A stretch of DNA of 34,532 nt from NCBI GenBank assembly GCA_001687465.1, contig LVLI01000422.1, positions 1 through 34,532 on the forward strand. Reading direction: 5' to 3'. The translations under genes were made by a program, and so were the position numbers. Positions 1 through 9,800 of the stretch are shown here, one piece after another. The notes under the pieces were generated by a model. The model made no database searches, was not told where the DNA came from, and was given only the letters and a program-made list of their open reading frames with translations. The first letter of the stretch is position 1. The number at the start of each line of letters is the position of its first letter. Source of the DNA: Halocafeteria seosinensis (taxonomy: Eukaryota).

Positions 1-163
1 TGGATAGGTGGCCTGATATCCACCCTGATCATTCACTCTGATGTGTCCGGATCCATCGTACAAAAGTCAGATGTACGATTTTCTTGGGTGGCGACCGGTT
101 CAGTTTTTTGGAGACTCTAATTCACCAATTATCATTTTATTGAAAGCAATTTCCGTGTTATTA

Positions 164-747
164 TTAAGTCGGTTGGTCAATATGGTCGGTCAGAAGAGTG
201 ACCACTTGGTCATAGGTATCCAAACCGGTTTGGTCTTTGATATCATCCAACCATTCCTTGTAACCGACTAGATTCGGATTCTCAGCATACCAACAATAGT
301 GGATAAAGCAAATCTGATGACGACCGCAACTTTGGATATCCAGATTATCTTCGTTTTGAAATGGAAAGGGGTTCGAGTAATATTGATACCTGTCAGGGTT
401 TTTTACGATTTTTTCCAACAGATACGGCCGATTCTGCCCAGTTCTTCGTTTTTCTCCGGCGACGCCCATGTCAGGGGTTCATCGGGGTATTCGCCATAAC
501 TGTCAAAGTAGATCAAATGATCGGGTTCATCCTCTTTGGGAATCCGGCATATTGAGACCCAATGGCCATAATTCTCTTCAATCAGATACAACAAAATACA
601 CGCCCCATTTTGGGTCAAGCGATCCAGTGACTTGCCATAGATTTCATTGTACGTCAGGATTGGAATGTTTTTGGTCGTGTTGTTCTGTATCTGACTCTCT
701 GACAGGGCTATCTGCTTTAGTTCCTTGATTTTTTGGCGATTCACCAT
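164..747 (-). CDS. Virion maturation cysteine protease (adenain/Ulp1-like, virophage-type pattern), split by a 1-nt frameshift near 437-439
   Basis: ORF 403-747 gives ILLY..NYGHW and YFDSYGEYPD; ORF 164-469 gives Q...SCGRH. Adding one G to CTGGGCAG joins them as ...EELGQNRPYLL..., restoring the H-D-Q-C catalytic order. Confidence 0.88.
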
Positions 748-949
748 TTTGCTCTATATTAGAATTGCCATTTTTCCGAACCTCAGTACTGAACCGGCAA
801 ATGGTGGTGACCAAATCACTGTTGGTACAACTGGATGAGCAATTGGATCGTCGCCAATACCGATAAAACAGCGGTATTCCGACGGCTGAGACACTTCCAA
901 ACAGCCCAATGAAAACATAACTGACGATCTCCATTCCTTCGTATATCAT
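644..949 (-). CDS. Small putative membrane protein (one TM segment followed by RRSNCSSSC)
   Basis: Hydrophobic IVSYVFIGLFGSVSAVGIPLFY then a basic/Cys cluster. Fills the gap between two viral genes. Its 3' ~100 nt overlaps the protease start, so the true end is uncertain. Confidence 0.5.
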   Translation of the reverse strand: MIYEGMEIVSYVFIGLFGSVSAVGIPLFYRYWRRSNCSSSCTNSDLVTTICRFSTEVRKNGNSNIEQNGESPKNQGTKADSPVRESDTEQHDQKHSNPDVQ

Positions 950-964
950 GGACACGAAAGAAAA

Positions 965-2701
965 TTATTTCAGGCGTTTGGCCAATGATGACGTTTTACC
1001 GCCTTGCTTGTTTGGAAAATTTGGCATTGGCATCGGGGCGAAATCCGATTGAGTACCGCCCTTCTTCTTGCCTTTTTTCTTGTTCCCTTTCTTCTGCTTT
1101 TGCTTCTTGCGGAATTCTTGCTTCATCTTCTTCTTCTCCTCTGGACTGGCCAATTGAAGGGCATCAATTTCCTCTTCGCTTTGGAAGTCCTTTGAGCCGA
1201 TCCCATGGTCTTTACCGGCGTTTCCAAGATTCTTCAGGAAATCAATTCCTTTCTTGACCTCCTTGAATGGATTCTTCCCACCGCCTTGCTCTTGTTCCTC
1301 TTCGTCAGTCTTTTCTTCACCAACCTGTTGTGGTTCTTCGGCTGGTGCTTGGGCTTGACCACTCGTATCCTGTTGGGTTTGCCCTTGTTGGGATTCACCA
1401 CGAATTCGTCTGATCATTCGTTCTTTGGTCTCTCCTTTCCGTGGTTTGAGTCCCATTTGTTGGATTTTCCATATCAAATCTTGTTGATTGAACTTATTTT
1501 TGAGTTGACTGGCGTTGGCTTGTTCTTCGCCACTTTGAATACGGTTCAACAATTGCTTCTTTTGGTCGTTGGGGGAATGTTGTGACGCCTTATCTTCCCG
1601 TTCTTCTTGTTGTAATGTGGATTCGTCAATTCCCCGAAGAAGTGTTAATAATTTCCGTCTCTCTTGTTTGGATAGCCGACTCCATCGCCCCAATTGACTC
1701 AGAAACGATTCCAGACTTCCCAATTTAGCATCCACAAGGCTTTCCATGTACGCTTGTAAGGCATCATCTCTCTTTTGGTTTTGATAGGTTTCCAATAACT
1801 TCAGCACAAAGATATAAAAGATCAAAATAACCCGAATTTTGGGTATATTGCCACCGGCAAAGAGCGATGGGTTACCAATAATGCCTCGGATGGCGGATTC
1901 TAACATGGCTCGCATCTCTTCCAGATTTTTTCGCTTGATTTGGGTACCATGTTCCTCTAGCGTCCGAAGCCCATTGTTTAAGGTCTCCATACGCAGAGAA
2001 CTGAAGGAAGCGGATCCAGCACTTTCACGCCCTAGCGACGAACTGATTTCCTGTATCATCTTTTTCAGTTGAAGGACTTCGCCTCGTTTCTCGGTCAATG
2101 GCAAGGTCTTAGCAAATTGGTTGGGGTTGGACGGTTCATCAGTTTCTTCGGGGTCTTCATCCTCTTCAAATTGATCGAAGTGTTTTTGGATCATGTTTTG
2201 GAGTTGCTTTGACGGTCCCGCTCCGCCGGTTGGCGTTTTTTTTTCTCGTCCCATGATTTCGGCCACCACAGCATCAGCGGTCTCATTATTCTGTACGACG
2301 TCAAATTCTTGTTGTTGTTGCGACGCCAAGCCCTGATAGGGCTGACCAAAGGTGGCTTTCATACGATTTTCAAAATTTAAGGGTTGCTCGGGAAGGGTTT
2401 GACTGGGATGATGTTTCGGGAAGTCAAACTGACCGGCTTCGGATTGTCCCCGAAGCAGATTATATTTGGCCTGTATCAGGGGTTCATCATGGTCGGCCGT
2501 CCGATGTTTGGACGGTTCAGCGATATGCCATGTATCAAAGAGGAAGCGATACTGTCCTAAGATATTGTCACGGGTGGATTCCCCCGTATAGTCCCGCCAC
2601 GGGTCATGTGGTTGCTCTAACTGTTCGGGAGGAATGGCCGACCAACTTCGGAAATCATTGGGTTTGAGATTGAGTTTTCGTTCCATAAGTTCTCTGTCCA
2701 T
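965..2701 (-). CDS. 578-aa Q/E/K-rich hypothetical protein, candidate virion core protein
   Basis: Long ORF with helical middle, acidic tracts, Lys-rich C-terminus and five GG motifs. Lies between fibre and protease. Function is inference. Confidence 0.8.
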   Translation of the reverse strand: MDRELMERKLNLKPNDFRSWSAIPPEQLEQPHDPWRDYTGESTRDNILGQYRFLFDTWHIAEPSKHRTADHDEPLIQAKYNLLRGQSEAGQFDFPKHHPSQTLPEQPLNFENRMKATFGQPYQGLASQQQQEFDVVQNNETADAVVAEIMGREKKTPTGGAGPSKQLQNMIQKHFDQFEEDEDPEETDEPSNPNQFAKTLPLTEKRGEVLQLKKMIQEISSSLGRESAGSASFSSLRMETLNNGLRTLEEHGTQIKRKNLEEMRAMLESAIRGIIGNPSLFAGGNIPKIRVILIFYIFVLKLLETYQNQKRDDALQAYMESLVDAKLGSLESFLSQLGRWSRLSKQERRKLLTLLRGIDESTLQQEEREDKASQHSPNDQKKQLLNRIQSGEEQANASQLKNKFNQQDLIWKIQQMGLKPRKGETKERMIRRIRGESQQGQTQQDTSGQAQAPAEEPQQVGEEKTDEEEQEQGGGKNPFKEVKKGIDFLKNLGNAGKDHGIGSKDFQSEEEIDALQLASPEEKKKMKQEFRKKQKQKKGNKKKGKKKGGTQSDFAPMPMPNFPNKQGGKTSSLAKRLK

Positions 2702-2739
2702 TTCTATATGGATGGGGCGAAAAAAAGAAATGGCGGTAT

Positions 2740-5700
2740 TTATCCTAACATCAAATAGGTAAAGGTTTCGGAAGCCCCCAAGCGGTTTTCAATGTGTAAC
2801 TGGGATGAGCCGGTTGAGACAGTGATTTTGCCGTCTGTACCGGTCGTCCCTGAAGGCGTTTGATTGATGGCCGTTTCAAACATTGTACTCCGAAGTACAT
2901 TGGTTTGGGAAATATTATCCCCTGAAACATTGTACAGTATTTCTAACATAGCCCCATTAGAACTAGTGGTTCGGATAAGAAACTTACCCACTTGATGGGT
3001 TGGTGTTAAGGAATGGAAGGAATCGTCATTAATGGTCACGGCATTGGATGTCACCGTGGCGACGCCCACTAAAGTGTGACTGTTCATTTCCACGTTGGAT
3101 TGAGCCGGAAGCGAATACCACCCAAAACGCTGAAAATCATTGGTACCAACGCCGTTGTGATACAAGTATTTGATTTCATCGGCCGATAAAACACGATTCC
3201 AAGTAGCCACCTCATCCAATTCTCCACTGCTTGCTATGGAATCTCCCAAGTTACGTCCCAACGAACTTGTATCCGATCCGGATGAGACGTTACCTCCGCT
3301 TAATGAGGCGTCTATATCCAGACTGCCGTCAATATAAAGTTTCCAATCCGACCCTGTTCTTGTCAAAAGCACATGATGGTACGTGTTAAGGGATAAGGCT
3401 GAAGAAGCATTGGATGCCTCTGCGTTTCCGTTTGTTCTTGTACCTATTCTCAGTATATCGGCCTGCATCTTTAATTCAAACTTATCTCCATTGGAATCCT
3501 TCGCCGAAGCGTAGAGAAACTGGTCTGTGGGTGAATCAGTGGTGGGAAAAAACCAACAGGAAACAGTCAAATCACCTGAGCCAAACGACAAAGCATCACC
3601 GATATCCACATGATCCGACGCCGTGAAAGCAATCGCTTGACCAATCTTACCGGAGACAACCGATGTTCCATTATTTGTCCCATCATGCGTTCCGATGGAA
3701 TCGGCATAGGAATCCGTTCCATCAAATGAATAATAGGCTCTACCCCCACGCCGAAGTTGGGGAATTCCGGCCAATGAGTCGGTATAATTCTTGGTCACGG
3801 CATCGGTACTTTGCGTCGGTGTCCCAACATTCGCCAACCGATGGCTATTCATATTGACGGTGGATTGAGCCGGTCGACTATACCAATCAAAGGTGGCAAA
3901 GTCTTGCGTCCCGTTGCCTCCGTTGTACAGATAACGAATTTCCTCAGGGGATAAGACACGATTCCAGATGCCAAATTCATCAATTCGGTAGCCATTTGCC
4001 ATTGGGTTTCCCAAATCATTGCTAATTGTTGATGTAGAACCGGTCATTGTAGCATCATTGAATATTGCTCCTGATGAATCTTGCGAACCATTCACATAGA
4101 TTGTTCCAGTTGTCCCTTGTCCAGTCATAACAATATGATACCATGTGTTTTGTGACAATGTTGATGATTGGACTTCCTTTTTTGAACCCCCTGATTCCGT
4201 ATAGATTCGGATATAATCACCGCTTTCTTGTGTAATCAGCAATCTATTGCTTGAATCAACTTGACTGATCATCATCATTTGCCCTGAATTTTTATGTTTT
4301 ACATACACCCAAAAACTAAATGAAAAGTCACTTCCGGCCACGTTTAAGGCTGATGACGGGAGTGACACATACGATGTCGTACCATCAAATTCTAGAGAAT
4401 CACCTATTTTTCCACCGCTAGAAATAGTAATATTACCGTTGGCTGTTCCATCATACGTTCCAATGGAATCTTCATAATTCCCATCAAAACTGTAATAGGC
4501 TCTTGCCCCACGACGCATTTGGGGGATTCCGGCCAACGCATCCGTATAACTCTTGGTGACCGCATCGGCGGACGCTGAGGGTTCGCCCAGAGAAACGATA
4601 CGGTGAGAATCCATATTCACGTTGCTTTGGGCGGGACGGCTGTACCAATCAAAGGACTGGAAATCATTGGTGGCATTTCCATTGTGGTACAAGTATTTGA
4701 TTTCAGCCAGAGACAATACACGACTCCAAGCCCCCACTTCATCCAATCTAGCATGGGTTGCTCCCCCATCAAATCCAATTGTTCCACTGTTTGCTGTGGT
4801 AATTGATCCGGATTGTACCGACCCACTGGCTTCCAAGATACCATCCACATAAATTTGAGCCGTTCCACCGGTACTAGTGACAACGATATAATACCACTGA
4901 TTCAATGTACTAAACGCAGACGATGTGGAAAGGTTGGTGGTTGAACCATCGTCGGTAAAAAATGTAATTTTTGAATTACTTGATTGATGGTAGATTGAGA
5001 ATTGATTGGATGACGATCCTTGATGAATGAAAGTTTGATTGCTTGACAATTGGGTTGGATAATACCATACAGAAATGGAAAAATCACCCGTGCCGAAATC
5101 AAAAGCATTTCCGACTTTGACGTGTTCCGTTCCGGCCAAATCAAGAGCGTCGCCTATTTTTCCGCTAGAGGTGGTGGTGGCATTATTATTCGTCCCATCA
5201 TGTGTTCCAATGCTATCTTCGTAAGGATTAGATCCATCAAAACTGTAATAGGCTCTCGCTGACCGTCGCATTTGTGGAATTCCCGCCAAAGCGTTGGTAT
5301 ATTGACGTAGTTGTGTGACTTCGCCCTTGGTGGCTAGGTAGGTGTCTTGCCAATTGTTTGTGCCGTTGCCATTGTTATAGAGGAAAGTAATTTCATCTTG
5401 GGTGAGAACACGATCCCAAATACCTACTTCATCAACAAGCACATTTTTAGCATTTCCAGCGGTTGATCCAATTCGACCTGTAGTCGTGTCGCCAATATCA
5501 CCACTTGCTACCGTGCCCGAATTTTCCAACGCTCCATTGACATATATTTCACCTGACGAACCAGAACGGGTGAAAACAACATAATGCCATTGGTTGGTGG
5601 AATATGTGTTGCTTGTTTCAAAACTAACTTGGGAACTATCCCACGTAAAAAACCGAAATTTGTTAGATGTACTAGTTCCATATTGTAAATGTGTCAGATT

Positions 5701-6249
5701 TCCAGACGACAGCCCATTCATAACAAATGTAACACCATCTTCTTTGGGGTAAATCCACAGACCAACAGTAAAATCACCGGTCGTCCAGCCTAAAGCATCA
5801 CCGACATCAACGTAGGTGTCATTGCCCTGTGTGTCAAACGCATCGGCAATCTTACCTGATGAAATTGTCCCACTACCAACCAACAAACCATCATATTGTC
5901 CTACGGAATCAGCATACCGATTGTTGGAATCATCAAAACTATAGTATGCCCGTCCCCCACGTCTCAATTGGGGCACAGCAACCTGTGTGTCAATATACCC
6001 CTTTGTGGTTGCATCGGATGAACTTGTCGGGGTTGCTACGTTGATTATTCGGTTTGAATCGGCATTAATGTTAGTTGTTGCCGGTGTCTCCGCCCAACGA
6101 TTCTCCAAACGATTGCTGTTATCAAAACTGAAGCCGTTTGAAGCGGTTTTGACATCAATATGGCTATTGCCCGATGCACCCAGACCTTTTCTGAGATCCA
6201 AAGTAGCCTGAATACCCCTGCTTGTCCGTACAAACATTCCGGTTGACAT
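2740..6249 (-). CDS. Fibre/receptor-binding protein with four LamG (concanavalin A-like) domains and DAxTKxYxD stalk motifs
   Basis: Four repeats start PQ(L/M)RR..RAYYSFD and end DE...W.RVL...EI..LY..G, each with WY(H)(I/V)V.T...(I/L)YV(N/D)G-type strands. Linkers NMxSHR(I/L)...P....DAVTKxYTD resemble trimeric fibre/YadA stalk motifs. Confidence 0.88.
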   Translation of the reverse strand: MSTGMFVRTSRGIQATLDLRKGLGASGNSHIDVKTASNGFSFDNSNRLENRWAETPATTNINADSNRIINVATPTSSSDATTKGYIDTQVAVPQLRRGGRAYYSFDDSNNRYADSVGQYDGLLVGSGTISSGKIADAFDTQGNDTYVDVGDALGWTTGDFTVGLWIYPKEDGVTFVMNGLSSGNLTHLQYGTSTSNKFRFFTWDSSQVSFETSNTYSTNQWHYVVFTRSGSSGEIYVNGALENSGTVASGDIGDTTTGRIGSTAGNAKNVLVDEVGIWDRVLTQDEITFLYNNGNGTNNWQDTYLATKGEVTQLRQYTNALAGIPQMRRSARAYYSFDGSNPYEDSIGTHDGTNNNATTTSSGKIGDALDLAGTEHVKVGNAFDFGTGDFSISVWYYPTQLSSNQTFIHQGSSSNQFSIYHQSSNSKITFFTDDGSTTNLSTSSAFSTLNQWYYIVVTSTGGTAQIYVDGILEASGSVQSGSITTANSGTIGFDGGATHARLDEVGAWSRVLSLAEIKYLYHNGNATNDFQSFDWYSRPAQSNVNMDSHRIVSLGEPSASADAVTKSYTDALAGIPQMRRGARAYYSFDGNYEDSIGTYDGTANGNITISSGGKIGDSLEFDGTTSYVSLPSSALNVAGSDFSFSFWVYVKHKNSGQMMMISQVDSSNRLLITQESGDYIRIYTESGGSKKEVQSSTLSQNTWYHIVMTGQGTTGTIYVNGSQDSSGAIFNDATMTGSTSTISNDLGNPMANGYRIDEFGIWNRVLSPEEIRYLYNGGNGTQDFATFDWYSRPAQSTVNMNSHRLANVGTPTQSTDAVTKNYTDSLAGIPQLRRGGRAYYSFDGTDSYADSIGTHDGTNNGTSVVSGKIGQAIAFTASDHVDIGDALSFGSGDLTVSCWFFPTTDSPTDQFLYASAKDSNGDKFELKMQADILRIGTRTNGNAEASNASSALSLNTYHHVLLTRTGSDWKLYIDGSLDIDASLSGGNVSSGSDTSSLGRNLGDSIASSGELDEVATWNRVLSADEIKYLYHNGVGTNDFQRFGWYSLPAQSNVEMNSHTLVGVATVTSNAVTINDDSFHSLTPTHQVGKFLIRTTSSNGAMLEILYNVSGDNISQTNVLRSTMFETAINQTPSGTTGTDGKITVSTGSSQLHIENRLGASETFTYLMLG

Positions 6250-6262
6250 GATATATAGTCTG

Positions 6263-6290
6263 TTTGAATCTTTGAGCGAAAAGATTCAAA
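6263..6290. terminator. 11-bp perfect hairpin, candidate 3'-end/polyadenylation signal
   Basis: TTTGAATCTTT-gagcga-AAAGATTCAAA, about 15 nt downstream of the stop of the minus-strand ORF 6306-6467. Confidence 0.5.
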
Positions 6291-6305
6291 GTCAAATCTT
6301 TCTAA

Positions 6306-6467
6306 TTACGGTCGTTGTCTGAAAATGGGACTCCGATCTGCTGTCCCAACACCTCTGGTCTTTGGTAAGTTTTTGAAATTGCGACTAAACGATTTCAGAC
6401 CGCCATTAATGGTAATTACGGTTCGCTGTGCTTTTGGTCTAGGCTTGACGATTCTAACACTTGGCAT
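6306..6467 (-). CDS. 53-aa basic protein, candidate DNA-condensing core protein (not in ORF track)
   Basis: Translated by hand: MPSVRIVKPRPKAQRTVITINGGLKSFSRNFKNLPKTRGVGTADRSPIFRQRP*. Start context AATATATG as for the integrase, and it is followed by the hairpin. Confidence 0.65.
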   Translation of the reverse strand: MPSVRIVKPRPKAQRTVITINGGLKSFSRNFKNLPKTRGVGTADRSPIFRQRP

Positions 6468-6756
6468 ATATTCTATTACTCAATTCTTTAAAATTATCCG
6501 CATCAAAATATTCTTCTATGTTGGCTAAACATTGCTTTACATTACGTTTTTCCATAACACAAGCGTTTATTGCTTTTGCTATAATAGCATAATCTTTTTT
6601 TATTGCTGACCATGATGGTTTGGGTAAGGAATAAATAAAACTTTGACGATCAAATGTAATAAACATTTCATAGCCACCTGTATTTAAATTATGACCAACT
6701 CCTGTGATAATGCCTTCTAATCCCAACTCAAATACTTCAGGTAAATTGCTCTGCAT
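6454..6756 (-). CDS. 100-aa hypothetical protein, AT-rich
   Basis: ATG-initiated ORF divergent from pPolB, with AAAAATGA 22 nt upstream. No recognisable motif. Confidence 0.6.
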   Translation of the reverse strand: MQSNLPEVFELGLEGIITGVGHNLNTGGYEMFITFDRQSFIYSLPKPSWSAIKKDYAIIAKAINACVMEKRNVKQCLANIEEYFDADNFKELSNRIYAKC

Positions 6757-6863
6757 ATTAATAAATAAGCAAAGTCAATCATTTTTCTGGGGTGGGTAAA
6801 AAGAGAGTTGGGTAAAAACCAAAAAGAAAAAATGAATGAAACTAACATCAACTAATCATATAT
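6757..6863. promoter_or_regulatory. Divergent promoter region between structural and replication modules
   Basis: AAAAATGA on each strand (6779-6786 minus; 6828-6835 plus) flanking a direct repeat TGGGTAAAAA (6793-6802, 6809-6818). Confidence 0.55.
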
Positions 6864-9800
6864 ATGTCCGCCAACAAAACCAATCGACAGAAATTGAGGG
6901 AACTCCAGCAAAACGCTAAACCGCTTCGTCAAATGGGATTGATCAGTCGACCGCTTAATAAATTTACCCGACAGCAACTTCAACAAACCATCCAAAGCGT
7001 TGAACCGACCTTCAAACGGCTTCAGTTTGATGAACGAAAGTTCTTGAAGACCGCCACCAATAACGAAATTCGTCAAAAGCATCGACAATTTTTGCTTCAT
7101 GGCCTGTCAAGCCCCAAAACCCGCAAAATCAAAGACATCAAGCAATCGTTAATTCAAAACTATCCGACCTTCCGCCAAATGAACCGCAATAACATCAATA
7201 TTGAAAACATGAACCGCCAACAACTCCAAAACCAATTGCGTGAGTTACGGGAACAGGGATTTGCCGTGGGGAAACTGAACCGAAGCAATTTCCAACTTCG
7301 GCAAGAGATTGTTCAAATTTCGCTTCAAAATCAAGGAAACAGAGGACAAGCCCCTGTGGCTACTGATGAGCAACATCTGCAACCGCAAGTGGTTGATGTC
7401 TCTCAAATGAGTCGCTTTCTCTTTAGTTATAAGATAACCACTGAACCGCAAACCGCCGATTTTATTCTCTTTTCCAACGCTGTTTGGGACACCATGCGGA
7501 AAACACTAGAGCAACATTTCCAAGAAATGAATCTGAAGGTACAAATGGCTGTGTTAGCCTCTTTCTATCGTGCGTCCGACCCTGATGTCCAAATGGAAGG
7601 CCGATTTACCTCGTCCGAAAATGGTCAAACAGCCATTGCCATCATTCAAGGCAATCAAATTGAAAACACGATCGCCGAATTGATTAGTCGGATTGAAAAT
7701 ATGCTAGAACGACATCAAAACAGTGCCAGTGATTGGGTTATCATGTCGGTCAATGCTCTATTTCTGAATATTAGTGAATTTGAACCCTTGCGTGGGGCGT
7801 GTGCCGAGCACAAACTACCGAGATGCTTCAAAAATCGGGGTGTCCTTCAGTTGAGCGGTGGCACAGAGGGCGAATGTGGGTTATGGTCTATATTGGCCGG
7901 TCTTCATTATCATGAAATAACCGACAGAAAAAACATTGGACGTGTTAGCAAATACAAAACCTATCGGGAGGAACTCCATCTGGGACATGCAAAACCACGG
8001 CAAATTGACCAAGAAGTCTTTGGCGAAACGGTATCCACCCGCAAGGGACGAGTGGTTGAATTACCCATTTCAGTCCAAGACTTGGAAACCATTGAACAAT
8101 TAAACCCATGGCTAAGTCTGAATGCCTATACCGTTGAACTGGACTGTGAGCAAACAAGAATTAAAGAATCCCGCATCTTGCGTTCGGTTCGTCCGGCCGA
8201 CCATCATGTCAATCTGTTGCTGTTCCATGGTCATTGGTATCCCATCGTGGATTTTAACCGATTCCTTGGTTCTAATGGTTATGCCAAAGAGTTTTGCTTC
8301 CACTGTCTGCAAGGATTTCATACGACGTGGGCAAATCAAACAACATCACGGCGTCCAACCAAGACCGCCAAAGAAAAATTGGCCGAACATCATCAAATGG
8401 GATGCTATGACAATGAAGGGGCGAAACCAATCCTTCCCAAGAAGGGGGAACACTACTTAAAATTTACCAACTTCCACTGTCAATTGAAACTTCCGGTAAC
8501 TGTCTACTGTGATCTGGAAAGTTCTTTAGTTCCTATTGAAGAGAACAAAGGACAAAGCCAATTGCAATACGAGCATGAGCCCAATTCCATTTGTGCCCGA
8601 GTCGTTTCCGACGCATTTCCGGAATTGACACAAACCAAAGTCTTTTACGACACGAAGGAAATGTGGTGTATCAGTTCCTTTATGTACTGGTTAATTGATC
8701 TGGAAGAACAAGTGGGTCACCGTATTCAATCAAGATATGTGGCTCTGCAAATGACAGACGATGATGAAATAACATTTCGGAATGCCGAATCCTGTCATGC
8801 TTGTGGGGGCACATTGGGAAACGACCGTGTTCGTGACCATGATCATTTTACGGGTACGTTTCGGGGAGCATGTCATTCCAATTGTAATCTCCAAAAACAT
8901 TTTCATCGTAAATGGAAAATGCCCGTCATCTTCCACAACTTAAAGGGGTACGATTCACATTTTTTAATTGATGAAGTTGCCCGTGTGGGTCAGATTCGAC
9001 GGAAAAAGTTGAATGCCATTCCACAAAATGCCGAAAAATTCATCAGTTTTTCTCTAGACAGGATTTGTTTTATTGATTCCCTCAGTTTCATGAGTAGCAG
9101 TCTAAGTGCTTTGGTTGAAAATCTGAAGATGAAAGGGGTGGATCAAACCGTATTCCAAAATCTCTATGCTGAGTTCGGGGACTATCCGCAAGAATCCATT
9201 GATTTAGTTGTTCAAAAGGGTGTTTATCCGTATGCTTACATGGACGGTGATCCTGAACGAATGGATCTAGCGGAATTGCCGTCACGGGAACAATTTTATG
9301 ACCCATTGAGCGAAAGTCATATAGAGGAAGAGGACTATCAACATGCTCAACGAGTCTGGGATCAATTTGATTGTCAAACCTTCCGTGATTACCACGAACT
9401 TTACCTCAAAGGCGATGTCTTGTTACTGGCGGATATCTTTGAAAATTTCCGAGACCTCTGTCTAAGTAACTATCACCTTGATCCTTGCTGGTTTTACGGA
9501 GCACCCGGATTGTCGTGGGATGCCTTCCTGTTGAACATTCAGAATCAGTATTCCTTGGAACTGTTCCATCGTGATCAGTACGACATGTTGCTATTTGCGG
9601 AGCGATGTAAACGGGGTGGTATCAGCATGATAAGTCACAGGTTTGCCAAAGCCAATAACCCGTATCTGTCCAACGATAAATATGACGCAAACAAAGAAAC
9701 TAGTTATATCGTCTATTACGATTGTTCCAACCTCTATGGATGGGCAATGAAACAGAATTTGCCGGTGGGCGGGTTCTATTGGCGAGATGACTTGGACACA

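Noticed and set aside
1..140. Start of a packaging ATPase downstream of the protease
   Set aside because: No continuous frame or Walker motif is visible. Only a 10-codon open start (MIRVDIRPPI) reaches the window edge.
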